Shown piece after piece: positions 1 through 12,045 of a stretch of DNA of 64,000 nucleotides. The DNA comes from Macrostomum lignano. Taxonomy: Eukaryota. The notes under the pieces were generated by a model. That model ran no database searches, had not been told where the DNA came from, and was given only the letters and a program-made list of their open reading frames with translations. Numbering within the stretch: the stretch's first letter is position 1; each line of letters starts with the position of its first letter. The translations under genes and the position numbers were made by a program. Location: NCBI GenBank assembly GCA_002269645.1, contig NIVC01001769.1, positions 175,837 through 239,836 of the forward strand. Reading direction: 5' to 3'.

Positions 1-920
1 GAGAGGGAGAGAGGGAGAGGGAGAGAGGGAGAGGGAGAGATGGAGAAGGAGAGAGGCAGAGAGAGAGGAGGAAAGAGGGAGAGGGAAAGAGGGAGAGGGA
101 GAGAGGGAGAGAGAGAGGGAGAGGGAAGGTGAGAAAAGCTAAAAAAACGTACAAAGTACAAAGCCTTTCCTAGCAGATGGAGTCGTCAATTCAGGCCTTG
201 AAAATCCAGAACTCCATGAATCTTCGGTGAAAGAAAAAAAAGCAGATATTGACAACTTCATCCTCAGAAAAAATAATGCGAGTTTATGACTTCTAAATGA
301 TTACGGGGTTGCTCGGCTGATAAATAAAACACGGATTTTACAGCCCTGCCCCTGGCTTCCCCCGAAACCCCCCCCCCCATTCTCCGATCCCGTGTTTTCT
401 GTATCAACTTCTGAGGCTGCAAACTTACTGGTTGCCGCTTTGCAGAGGATTTTAATTGCGACTCGACTTGCTAACACCTCATTTATTCCCATCTGTATTC
501 GATTTCCCCCCTCGATTAATTATTCGTTTGTTACCAAGCGGAATCAGCTTTGGGTGCTTCCTGGCTTTTTTATTGATCGCCTGTTAGATCAAATATCCGC
601 GACTTTTACAGCCTATGGGCCTGAAGTGTTCGGCCGGGCCCGTCCGTCCAATTCTGTGCCATCGACGACTCCCGAGGCTTTTCGTTGACTTCGTTTCGAG
701 AGAGCAGTCATTTGTTGATGCTGCTGTTCAGCCTCCCTTTTCACAATCTCCATCCTCTTACAGAACTGCTCTCTTATAGTTCGTTTGCGAGTTGCAAATA
801 TGACCGGGTCTCTTTAGTAAAAAAATACAAATAAAAGTCTGCATTTTTGTAACTGTTTACTTGAATACTGATTGCGATGACAGATTTCCAGGTATTATTG
901 CCCGACCCGACTTAGCGAAA

Positions 921-1393
921 ACTCAATCTCTACCTCTCTCCCTCTCTCCTTATGTTCTTCTCTCCCACTCTCTACTCTCCCAGTCTCCCAGTCTCCCAAT
1001 CTCCCAGTATCCCTCTCTCTCTCTCTTCCACTCTCCCCCTCAACCTCTCTCCCCCTCTCTCCCTCCCTCTCTCCCACTCTCCCTCTCTCCCTCTCTCCCT
1101 CCCTCTCTCCCACTCTCCCTCTCTCCCCCTCTCTCCCTCCCTCTCTCCCCCTCAACCTCTCTCCCCTCTCTCCCTCCCTCTCTCCCACTCTCCCTCTCTC
1201 CCTCTCTCCCTCTCTCCCTCTCTCCCTCTCTCCCTCTCTCCCTCTCTCCCTCTCTCCCACTATCCCTATATCCCTCTCTATATCCCTCCTATGCCCTGAC
1301 TAAGAACATACAATATTCGAAATATCGGCAAATTTAACTTATTTGACTTTTATCAGTCCTTTCACCGTGTCAGCGTCTGAGATTGGAGGTACC

Positions 1394-1435
<42 letters not shown>

Positions 1436-1458
1436 TCTCTACCTCTCACAACCTCTCT

Positions 1459-1495
<37 letters not shown>

Positions 1496-1580
1496 TCTCT
1501 CTCTCTCTCTACCTCTCACAACCTCTCTCCCTCTCTCCCACTCTCCCTCTCTCCCTATCTCCGCCTCTCTCTTTCCCTCT
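921..1580. repeat. CT-rich simple repeats (also GA-rich at 1-130)
   Basis: Direct reading. Confidence 0.95.
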
Positions 1581-1990
1581 GTCTGAGTCGTATCGTGTTT
1601 TGTATGTTGAAATTTTGATGCTTAATCTTCGAACAATTTCAAATTTAATAATCATTAAAAGCTTACAAGTTCGAAAATACTCAGCCCAAAATCAGAAATC
1701 TTCAGATCAATTTCATTATTGCATCAGCCAGAATTCCGGCCATAAGTTTGGCCTCTTAAAATCTTTTTAGCATTTTTATTTGACACAGAGCAGACATCAT
1801 AACTACTGATAACAGTAGTGTTGTGAAGTGTAGCACTGTGCTGCATTGTTGAAATTTTATTTGTCAGCAGTTGGTTATGATTCAGAAAATGTGAAACCGA
1901 ATGAGATTTATATCTAAACTAAATTTCACATCAAAAATAATCATGCATCTCCCAACCAGGTCACATGACACTCTATCACACCTCATGACA

Positions 1991-2900
1991 CACACTTCAT
2001 CACACCTCGTGACAGCCTAGCAGACCTCATGACACCCTAGCAGACTTCATGACACCCTAGCAGACCTCATGACACCCTAGCAGACCTCATGACACCCTAG
2101 CAGACCTCATGACACCCTAGCAGACCTCATGACACCCTAGCAGACCTCATGACACTCTAGCAGACCTCATGACACCCTAGCAGACCTCATGACACCCTAG
2201 CAGACCTCATGACACTCTAGCAGACCTCATGACACCCTAGCAGACCTCATGACACCCTAGCACACTTTATGACACCCTAGCAAACATTCTGATACCCTAG
2301 CAGACTCCATGACACCCTAGCAGACCTCATGACACCCTAGCACACTTTATGACACTCTAGCAAACATCATGACACCCTAGCAAACATCATGACACCCTAG
2401 CAAACATCATGACACCCTAGCAGACTCCATGACACCCTAGCAGACCTCATGACACCCTAGCAGACCTCATGACACTCTAGCAGACCTCATGACACCCTAG
2501 CAGACCTCATGACACTCTAGCAGACCTCATGACACCCTAGCAGACCTCGTGACACCCTAGCAGACCTCATGACACTCTAGCAAACCTCATGACACCCTAG
2601 CACACTTTATGAAACCCTAGCAGACCTCATGACACTCTAGCAAACCTCATGACACCCTAGCAAACATCATGATACCCTAGCAAACATCCTGATACCCTAG
2701 CAAACATCAGGACACCCTAGCAAACATCCTGATACCCTAGCAAACATCAGGACACCCTAGCAAACATCCTGATACCCTATCACATCCTGATACCCTAGCA
2801 AACATCAGGACACCCTAGCAAACATCCTGATACCCTATCACATCCTATGACACCCTAGCAAACATCCAGACACCCTAGCAAACCTCATAACACCCTAGCA
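1991..2900. repeat. 20-bp minisatellite TGACACCCTAGCAGACCTCA
   Basis: Direct reading. Confidence 0.95.
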
Positions 2901-3015
2901 ACCTTTCTGAACTTGACAACTCCATCAAAAACTAGGCCTCTAACAAAGAACTAAGCCCAAGGCAACCAGTTTCATCCAGGTAACAACAAATTCCAGTCCC
3001 ATAGCGACTAACAAG

Positions 3016-6000
3016 CTACAGTTCCTCACGGACAAAGGAGTACCGCGATTCACTCGGCGCCAATCGTCGAAACACGCTGACCGGCGGCTCCGTGGCCATG
3101 CTCGCCGACGCCCTGCCGCCCTCCTTGGCCTCGTGATACCGCCGGTGCAACTCGCCGCTCAGCAGGTCCTCGATGAACGTCACCAAACGGCTATTGAATC
3201 CGTCAAGCGTGTCTCTAACATCGTGCGGAAACGCATAGATGTGCTGGAAGCTGTCGATGGCAATCAGTGGCAGGTCGTCCAACGATTTTCCCATTTGACG
3301 AATTGCTCGAACGAACAAGGCGCCAGGACCGTACAAAAAATTGATCTTGTCTGGGTAGGGGGGAGTACATGGATTTGTACACTTATAGTTAATTCGTTTT
3401 AGACCTGTTAGGGTTAGGATAAATTTGACAGTCAAAGAGTTGTTGACCCAGCTGAGGTCAGAAGCTACATGTTGTTTATTAAAAAATTGGATTACATTCT
3501 TTATTGTAAAACAAAGAAGCGTCAGGGGCGTCGCCAACGAGGGGACTGGGGGGACGATTGTAATAGGGTCGATCTTTTATTCTTACTAATAGTAGTTTTA
3601 AGCGGGTTTAATGAGCTATTTTTACTCAGCCAATCAGTAAATTTCCTTGTTTAAATCCCTTAATTATTTTGTTTTAACTAACTTCAGCCAATGGAGTTTA
3701 ATAATTTGTTATAATTTCGTAAGCTATTTTTGTTATAATTAATTTCATCCAATCAAATTAAGTTTTATCCTCTATATAAACGGAACGATTTACCAAGAAT
3801 AAAATTAACTTGCTCTTCCGCGAATTTTCGCGAGCTCGCTCTCAACCGGAGAAGAAGCGTTTTTGCCATCCAAACCAAAACGTGAGTTGAAACTTGCGAG
3901 TCTTAGTTCTTTGTAGGAATAGGGAGAAATCAGAGGTCGTGGAGACCCAGAACTAGGGATCTGAATAGGGAGAAACCAGAGGTCGTGGAGACCCAGAACT
4001 AGGATCTAAATAGGGAGAAATCAGAGGTCGTGGAGACCCAGAACTAGGATCTAAATAGGGAGAAATCAGAGGTCGTGGAGACCCAGAACTAGGGATCTGA
4101 ATAGGGAGAAATCAGAGGTCGTGGAGACCCAGAACTAGGGATCTGAATAGGGAGAAACCAGAGGTCGTGGAGACCCAGAACTAGGATCTAAATAGGGAGA
4201 AATCAGAGGTCGTGGAGACCCAGAACTAGGATCTAAATAGGGGGAAATCAGAGGTCGTGGAGACCCAAGACAGAGGTCTAAAATTAAGGAGAAATTTAAG
4301 GTCGTGCAGACTCTAAGGAAGCCGTACTGGCTAATAATAGGTATTAAGCGCTAGGAAATTAGGCATTAGAGGAGTGAATTAGCTACTGCTGGACACCCTT
4401 GATCCTCGGAAAACGCTAGACTTTCGGACTAAAATTAGGAAATTAGACAGTGTCTTACCGCTCGGGCACTACACGCTATCACAAGGTTTCCAAGAAATCG
4501 TGTGAAATTAGAGAAGGGTCATAGTTCAGAGGCAGCCAATACTACTAGAAGTAGACAGCTTAGGGACAGGAACCAGAAAGTCTGTGAAAGGCTCAGTAGC
4601 TTTAAGGTGGAATTGCAGTTAGAACGAGTACGTCTGTTATAATTGGTGACATCTAGAGGTCAGCTGAAGAAGGAGGAGACAGTCGGTAACACGATCTTTA
4701 AAGTTAAAGATCTGGGGGGACATGCCAACGCTTTGTTCCCCCACCCCACCTTGCGACCCGTTATGGAAATCAATAAATTTGCTGCAGGGCGAGAAAACAT
4801 AGTGCCTGAGGCGCTAAAATGAGTGCCTGAGGCGCTAAAATGAGTGCCTGAGGCGCTAAAATGAATGCCTGCGGCGCTAAAATGGTGCCTGCGGCGCCAA
4901 AATGAGTGCCTTCGGCGCTAAAATGAGTGCCTGCGGCGCTAAAATGAGTGCCTTCGGCGCTAAAATGAGTGCCTGCGGCGCTAAAATGAGTGCCTGCGGC
5001 GCTAAAATGAGTGCTTTCGGCGCTAAAATGAGTGCTTTCGGCGCTAAAATGAGTGCCTGAGGCGCTAAAATGAGTGCCTTCGGCGCTAAAATGAGTGCTT
5101 TCGGCGCTAAAATGAGTGCCTGAGGCGCTAAAATGAGTGCCTGAGGCGCTAAAATGAGTGCCCGTGGCGCTAAAATGAGTGCCCGTGGCGCTAAAATGAG
5201 TGCCTGAGGCGCTAAAATGAGTGCCCGTGGCGCTAAAATGAGTGCTCGTGGCGCTAAAATGAGTGCCTGAGGCGCTAAAATGAGTGCCTGAGGCGCTAAA
5301 ATGAGTGCCTGCGGCGCTAAAATGAGTGCCCGTGGCGCTAAAATGAGTGCCTGAGGCGCTAAAATGAGTACCTGCGGCGCTAAAATGAGTGCTTTCGGCG
5401 CTAAAATGAGTGCCTGAGGCGCTAAAATGAGTGCCCGTGGCGCTAAAATGAGTGCTTTCGGCGCTAAAATGAGTGCTTTCGGCGCTAAAATGAGTGCCTG
5501 AGGCGCTAAAATGAGTGCCTTCGGCTCTAAAATGAGTGCCTTCGGCGCTAAAATGAGTGCCTGAGGCGCTAAAATGAGTACCTGAGGCGCTAAAATGAGT
5601 GTCTGAGGCGCTAAAATGAGTGCCTGCGGCGCTAAAATGAGTGCCTGAGGCGGTAAAATGAGTGCCTGCGGCGCTAAAATGGTGCCTGCGGCGCCAAAAT
5701 GAGTGCCTTCGTCGCTAAAATAAGTGCCTGAGGCGCTAAAATGAGTGCCTTCGGCGCTAAAATGAGTGCCTGCGGCGCTAAAATGAGTGCCTTCGGCGCT
5801 AAAATGAGTGCCTGCGGCGCTAAAATGAGTGCCTGCGGCGCTAAAATGAGTGCTTTCGGCGCTAAAATGAGTGCCTGAGGCGCTAAAATGAGTGCCTTCG
5901 GCGCTAAAATGAGTGCTTTCGGCGCTAAAATGAGTGCCTGAGGCGCTAAAATGAGTGCCTGAGGCGCTAAAATGAGTGCCCGTGGCGCTAAAATGAGTGC

Positions 6001-9000
6001 CCGTGGCGCTAAAATGAGTGCCTGAGGCGCTAAAATGAGTGCCCGTGGCGCTAAAATGAGTGCTCGTGGCGCTAAAATGAGTGCCTGAGGCGCTAAAATG
6101 AGTGCCTGAGGCGCTAAAATGAGTGCCTGCGGCGCTAAAATGAGTGCCTGCGGCGCTAAAATGAGTGCCCGTGGCGCTAAAATGAGTGCCTGAGGCGCTA
6201 AAATGAGTACCTGCGGCGCTAAAATGAGTGCTTTCGGCGCTAAAATGAGTGCCTGAGGCGCTAAAATGAGTGCCCGTGGCGCTAAAATGAGTGCTTTCGG
6301 CGCTAAAATGAGTGCTTTCGGCGCTAAAATGAGTGCCTGAGGCGCTAAAATGAGTGCCTTCGGCTCTAAAATGAGTGCCTTCGGCGCTAAAATGAGTGCC
6401 TGAGGCGCTAAAATGAGTACCTGAGGCGCTAAAATGAGTGTCTGAGGCGCTAAAATGAGTGCCTGCGGCGCTAAAATGAGTGCCTGAGGCGGTAAAATGA
6501 GTGCCTGCGGCGCTAAAATGGTGCCTGCGGCGCCAAAATGAGTGCCTTCGTCGCTAAAATGAGTGCCTGAGGCGCTAAAATGAGTGCCTGAGGCGCTAAA
6601 ATGAGTGCCTGAGGCGCTAAAATGAATGCCTGCGGCGCTAAAATGGTGCCTGCGGCGCCAAAATGAGTGCCTTCGGCGCTAAAATGAGTGCCTGCGGCGC
6701 TAAAATGAGTGCCTTCGGCGCTAAAATGAGTGCCTGAGGCGCTAAAATGAGTGCCTGCGACGCTAAAATGAGTGCCCGTGGCGCTAAAATGAGTGCTCGT
6801 GGCGCTAAAATGAGTGCCCGTGGCGCTAAAATGAGTGCCCGTGGCGCTAAAATGAGTGCCTGAGGCGCTAAAATGAGTGCCTGAGGCGCTAAAATGAGTG
6901 CCTGAGGCGCTAAAATGAGTGCCTGAGGCGGTAAAATGAGTGCCTGCGGCGCTAAAATGAGTGCCTGCGGCGCTAAAATGAGTGCTTTCGGCGCTAAAAT
7001 GAGTGCCTGAGGCGCTAAAATGAGTGCCTGAGGCGCTAAAATGAGTGCCTGAGGCGCTAAAATGAGTGCCTTCGGCGCTAAAATGAGTGCCTTCGGCGCT
7101 AAAATGAGTGCCTGCGGCGCTAAAATGAGTGCCTGAGGCGCTAAAATGAGTGCCTGCGGCGCTAAAATGAGTGCCTTCGGCGCTAAAATGAGTGCCTTCG
7201 GCGCTAAAATGAGTGCCTGAGGCGCTAAAATGAGTACCTGAGGCGCTAAAATGAGTGCCTGAGGCGCTAAAATAAGTGCCTTCGGCGCTAAAATGAGTGC
7301 CTGAGGCGGTAAAATGAGTGCCTGCGGCGCTAAAATGGTGCCTGCGGCGCCAAAATGAGTGCCTTCGTCGCTAAAATGAGTGCCTGAGGCGCTAAAATGA
7401 GTGCCTGCGGCGCTAAAATGAGTGCCCGTGGCGCTAAAATGAGTGCCTGTGGCGCTAAAATGAGTGCCCGTGGCGCTAAAATGAGTGCCTTCGGCGCTAA
7501 AATGAATGCCTGCGGCGCCAAAATGAGTGCCCGTGGCGCTAAATTGTGTGCTTACAACACCGATTCTGAAAATAATGTTAAGGTAGGAACTTAGTTATGT
7601 ACATGCATAATTGTTGGCTTCGCACCCCCCGCCCCACCATAAAATCAATGGCGATGCCCTGAGAAGCGCAATGTCGAACATAGAAGATTCATTTGGGAAT
7701 TGCTACAATGCCAAGGCTTGGTGTGAATCGCTATAATGCTGTGACTCTTGGGGAGAATTACTGAAATTTCTAGGCTTACGGTGAAAGAATTGCTGATCGA
7801 TGTCACGGATTTAGGGTTAGGGTTAGGAGTATTGCTGAGATGTCAAGGCTCACGGGGGATTGTTGAGATGTCAAAGCTCATGGGGGGTATAGCTGAGCTG
7901 TCAAGACTGTCAAGAAGCTACGAGCGTACATGTAGTTTATACAAAAATTCGTATTCCATTCATTGTTGGCTCCCAAACAGGGGGCGCTGATTGCTAGTCC
8001 TATATACTAAAAATTTTTGTGTCGAAAAGTGAGCTTCGAACTTTAAATAAGCCAGAGCCGAGGTTTCTGAGTATTCGTTATCAAGGACAATAACTTCACC
8101 CGTGATCTGGCTTCGGCGTAAAAAATCCCTACTCTGACTACAGTGTTCTAAATAAATCTTGTTTAATTAGTTCTCAAACTTGGACTTAATTTATCAACAT
8201 ACCTGTATATTTTTTTCAGTTCATTTTCAACCGCAGATTTATATTTGTCAACAACAGTCGAGCCGTCGTCTCGATAGAACAGCACAAACAATGGCAGGCC
8301 TTCCTCAGTGATCGCTTCAGCATTTTCGAAGGTTAATTCTCGAACAATGGGCATGCATTTTTGAAAGGCCAAACGTTTCAAAGCGATTTCTTCTATGTAG
8401 TCTAGACTGATCTGCGTAGCCATGTCTGTCTGCAGGTTTTTAGGGTGGTTTTATTGCGACTTCAGAATAGGGGCTGATTAATGGGGTGAGTTTTTTTGCA
8501 ACCCCAGAATAGGGGCTGATTAATGGGTGAGTTTTATTGCAACCCCAGAATAGGGGCTGATTAATGGGGTGAGTTTTATTGCAACCCCAGAATAGGGCCT
8601 GATTATTGGGGTGAATTTTATTGCAACCCCAGAATAGGGGCTGATTAATGGGGTGAGTTTTATTGCGACCCAAGAATAGGGGCTGATTAATGGGGTGAGT
8701 TTTATTGCGACCCCAGAATAGGAGGCTTATAAAAAAACTGCTTGATTGAGGTTGATTTATTGCAACGCCATATAATGGGGGTTGATTACCAAAAAAGGAT
8801 CAAACGATACAAGCAAGTTGCTTTCATTAAAAAAGGATTCACTCACCCCTCTCTGATAGACAACACTTTCTGGTTCATCTTTTTCTCTGTAATTAAAACA
8901 GAAAGTCTGGTTTGTCTATTGTCTATACTACTTCAAATGAGTAAGCAGTATGGAATTTAAAACACCGACTAGAACCTACCCAATGAAAAGAGTTCTGGAA

Positions 9001-12000
9001 AATTCTTAGTGTTTACGATTGGCTTTTTTAAACAGTAAGAAAATATAATGCGCTATTTTATATAAACAGTTAACGCAGGCCCCGACCAACTTCCTGAGTC
9101 ATGTTTGAATCAAACTGATCGATACTCAGGCTAATAAAAACTGCCTTACATCCGGCCTCTTCGATTTACGACTCAAATCTGTTTCAAGGCTTGGACTCGA
9201 AAAATGACAAGCAGCTACAAACAGAATGCAATGGGGAATAGAAGGGCTGAGGTTTCTACGGCTGCTGTCTTTTTATCGCTTGCTCTCCTCTCCCTGATCT
9301 CTCTCCTCTTTCTCCTAGATCTCTCTCCTCTCTCTCCTAGATCTCTCTCCTCTCTCTTCTAGATCTCTCTCCTCTTTCTCCTAGATCTCTCTCCTCTCTC
9401 TCCTAGATCTCTCTCCTCTCTCTCCTAGATCTCTCTTCTCTCTCTTCTAGATCTCTCTTCTAGATCTCTCTCCTCTCTCGTCTAGATCTCTCTTCTCTCT
9501 CTTCTAGATCTCTCTTCTAGATCTCTCTTCTCTCTCTTCTAGATCTCTCTCCTCTCTCTCCTAGATCTCTCTTCTCTCTCTTCTAGATCTCTCTCCTCTC
9601 TCTCCTAGATCTCTCTTCTCTCTCTTCTAGATCTCTCTTCTCTCTCTCCTAGATCTCTCTCCTCTCTCTCCTAGATCTCTCCTCTCTTCACTAGATTTCT
9701 CCTCTCACTTCTAGATCTCTCTCCTCTCTCTCTCCTAGATCTCTCCTCTCTCCCCTAGATCTCTCCTCTCTCTCCTAAATCTCTCTCCTCTTTCCCCTAG
9801 ATCTCTCTCCTCTCTCCCCTAGATCTCTCCTCTCTCCCCTAGATCTCTCTTCTCTCTCTTCTAGATCTTTCTCCTCTCTCCCCTAAATCTCTTTCCTCTT
9901 TCCCCTAGATGTCTCTCCTCTCTCCCTTAGATCTCTCTCCTCTCTCCCTTAGATCTCTCTCCTCTCTCTCTTAGATCTCTCTCCTCTCTCTTCTAGATCT
10001 CTCCTTTCTCGACTAAATCTCTCTTCTCTCTCCCCCGAACATATTGCTATTGCAGTGATGTTTCCTAGCCCTGACATTTCTACTGTCAGTAATGTATATA
10101 ATTATAATAATTTGTTTCTTTAAAAATCACTGCAACTCAATAAAGTCCGGCCAATAGCTAGTCGCGCACCCAACAATGGCCAAGAAGACGCATTCCTCAT
10201 CACGGAGCAGTTCGGCCACTCGCAGGAAGGTGTCCAGACCGGCGGAATCGTTGCTGCGGAAACGGCCAATCATGGCTTTCTGCCGAGGTTCCACAGGAAC
10301 CTGACTGTCCGAGACAGGAGCTGCGAGCCGAGTCAGAGAATCGGACAGCTGAGCTCGGACAAATTCTTTGATTGCGTCCACTGAGCGTTGGCCGCGGTAT
10401 TCAAGGCGCACTGATGCACCGTAGCTGCGGTTTGGGTGGAATCGTATTTAGCGAGGGTTTTGACGAGTTGCGAGAACTTGAAGGTTGGGATCTGGGGATC
10501 TTTATTGTGGGATCTGTTGACTTAGGGATCTTTATTGTGGGATCTGTTGACTTGGGGATCTTTATTGTGGGATCTGTAGACCTGGGGATCTGGATTGTGG
10601 GATCTGTAGACCTGGGGATCTGGATTGTGGGATCTGTAGACCTGGGGATCTGGATTGTGGGATCTGTAGACCTGGGGATCTTGATTGTGGGATCTGTAGA
10701 CCTGGGGATCTGGATGGTGGGATCTGTAGACCTGGGGATCTGGATTGTGGGATCTGCAGACCTGGGGATCTGGATTGTGGGATCTGTAGACCTGGGGATC
10801 TTGATTGTGGGATCTGTAGACCTGGGGATCTGGATGGTGGGATCTGTAGACCTGGGGATCTGGATTGTGGGATCTGCAGACCTGGGGATCTGGATTGTGG
10901 GATCTGTAGACCTGGGGATCTGGATTGTGGGATCTGTAGACCTAAGATCTGGATTGTGGGATCTGTAGACCTGGGGATCTGGATTGTAGGATATGTAGAT
11001 CTAGGGTTCAGGAATCAGGATCTGGGAGGATTTGGGATCCGGGATCTGGGCTCCGTAATCTAGATTCCCAATACAACGCACCGGAAAATCTTCATAGTCG
11101 GATACTTCATCACCCCGTGCCGCTTTGCCAGCTCCGGCTCTGCGTCACCGTCCACCCTGGCGAAGGTGAGTAGGCTGGGATCCGGGTACTCGGTCTCCAA
11201 CTCCTTAGCTGCCCGATCAATTATCGGCTTCAGCGATTGACTGTGCGGGCACCAGTCCACGTGGAAACTCACGAATGACAGCCTGGGGGTGGCTTTTAAA
11301 GGGGATTTTTGTTCGGTTGCTAGGGCGTTCAGAGTTAAGGACTTTAATCCCAATGGGATCAAATATATTGAGGATTCAAATCCCAATGGGATCAAATATA
11401 TTAAGGACTCTAATCCCAATGGGATCAAATATGTTGAGGATTCTAATCCCAATGGGATCAAATATGTTGAGGATTCTAATCCCAATGGGATCAAATATAT
11501 TGAAGATTCTAATCCCAATGGGATCAAATATGTTGAGGATTCTAATCCCAATGGGATCAAATATGTTGAGGATTCTAATCCCAATGGGATCAAATATATT
11601 GAGGATTCTAATCCCAATGGGATCAAATATGTTGAGGATTCTAATCCCAATGGGATCAAATATATTGAGGATTATAATCCCAATGGGATCAAATATATTG
11701 AGGATTATAATCCCAATGGGATCAAATATATTGAGGATTATAATCCCAATGGGATCAAATATATTGAGGACTCTAATCCCAATGGGATCAAATATGTTGA
11801 GGATTCTAATCCCAATAGGCTAGAATATTGAGAAATTGGAATCACGAATCACGGATTACACCCAAAATGGAACATACAGCATCAAACTTCTCAAAGTATT
11901 AGCTGAAGTTATTGCCAGATAAATTTTTTGTCTCACCCAAGGTGCGCTTAAAATTGGATTCAGTCAGCTCCAAAATCGCGGCAGATGTACTAGAAAATGC

Positions 12001-12045
12001 TACACTTAAAGACAGCAACATAACGACCAACAATGCTTGACTCAT
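3016..12045 (-). CDS. ERP44: ERp44 (ER thioredoxin/PDI family). Exons 12045-11937, 11292-11082, 10424-10170, 8886-8847, 8429-8203, 3350-3016; ~391 aa
   Basis: Spliced translation: signal peptide MSQALLVVMLLSLSVAFSSTSA, ILELTESNF, FVSFHVDWCPHS, KYPTMKIFR, EYRGQRSV, KCMPIVRELTFENAE..EEGLP, PLIAIDSFQHIY, LAPSESRYSFVREEL*. These are collinear with ERp44 motifs and end in an ER-retrieval signal. All introns are GT-AG. One 1-nt phase discrepancy at the exon 5/6 junction (T7 run at 8210-8216). Confidence 0.93.
3630..3780 (+). promoter_or_regulatory. LTR promoter: 3x CCAAT at ~60-bp spacing followed by a TATA box
   Basis: AGCCAATC, AGCCAATG, ATCCAATC and TATATAAA read directly. Confidence 0.6.
3918..4267. 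repeat. 45/46-bp tandem repeat, ~7.7 copies, inside the solo LTR
   Basis: Unit starts at 3918, 3964, 4009, 4054, 4100, 4146, 4191, 4236. Confidence 0.95.
4801..7545. repeat. 20-bp satellite GCGCTAAAATGAGTGCC(TGA/TGC/TTC/CGT)G, ~137 copies, with higher-order duplication
   Basis: Direct reading. The rare variant GTCGCTA recurs at ~5711, ~6550 and ~7367. Confidence 0.97.
8463..8720. repeat. ~42-bp minisatellite, ~6.5 copies
   Basis: CAGAATAGGGGCTGATTAATGGGGTGAG... starts at 8463, 8505, 8546, 8588, 8630, 8672, 8714. Confidence 0.93.
9283..10035. repeat. CT-rich minisatellite punctuated by CTAGATCT
   Basis: Direct reading; 18-22-bp units. Confidence 0.93.
10488..10985. repeat. 30-bp minisatellite GGATCTGTAGACCTGGGGATCTGGATTGTG
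   Basis: Direct reading; lies in ERp44 intron 2. Confidence 0.95.
11335..11820. repeat. 33-bp minisatellite with internal palindrome ATCCCAATGGGAT
   Basis: Direct reading; lies in ERp44 intron 1. Confidence 0.95.

Larger units (their letters stand above)
3559..4691 (+). mobile_element. Solo LTR (Ty3/Gypsy-like), 1133 bp
   Basis: Termini TGTAA...TAACA and 4-bp TSD CGAT (3555-3558, 4692-4695). Three CCAAT boxes (3630, 3688, 3749), TATATAAA (3773), internal 45/46-bp tandem array. Confidence 0.75.
3523..7661. mobile_element. Non-autonomous hAT-type DNA transposon carrying a satellite and a nested solo LTR
   Basis: Imperfect TIRs CAGGGGCGTCGCCA (3523) / TGGCGATGCCCTG (7649-7661). 8-bp TSD AGAAGCGT (3515-3522) / AGAAGCGC (7662-7669). 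No transposase ORF. Confidence 0.75.

Noticed and set aside
3546-4721. 10-bp direct repeat CTGGGGGGAC as TSD of the nested insert
   Set aside because: TG...CA termini with a CGAT TSD (3559-4691) explain the insert better; the 10-mers are subterminal repeats of the host element.
4801-7545. CRISPR-like regular repeats (also 3918-4267, 8463-8720)
   Set aside because: Units are head-to-tail with no unique spacers, there are no cas genes, and the context is eukaryotic intron.
7811-7827. TTAGGG telomere-like run (also ~3408)
   Set aside because: Fewer than three units; too short to call an interstitial telomere.
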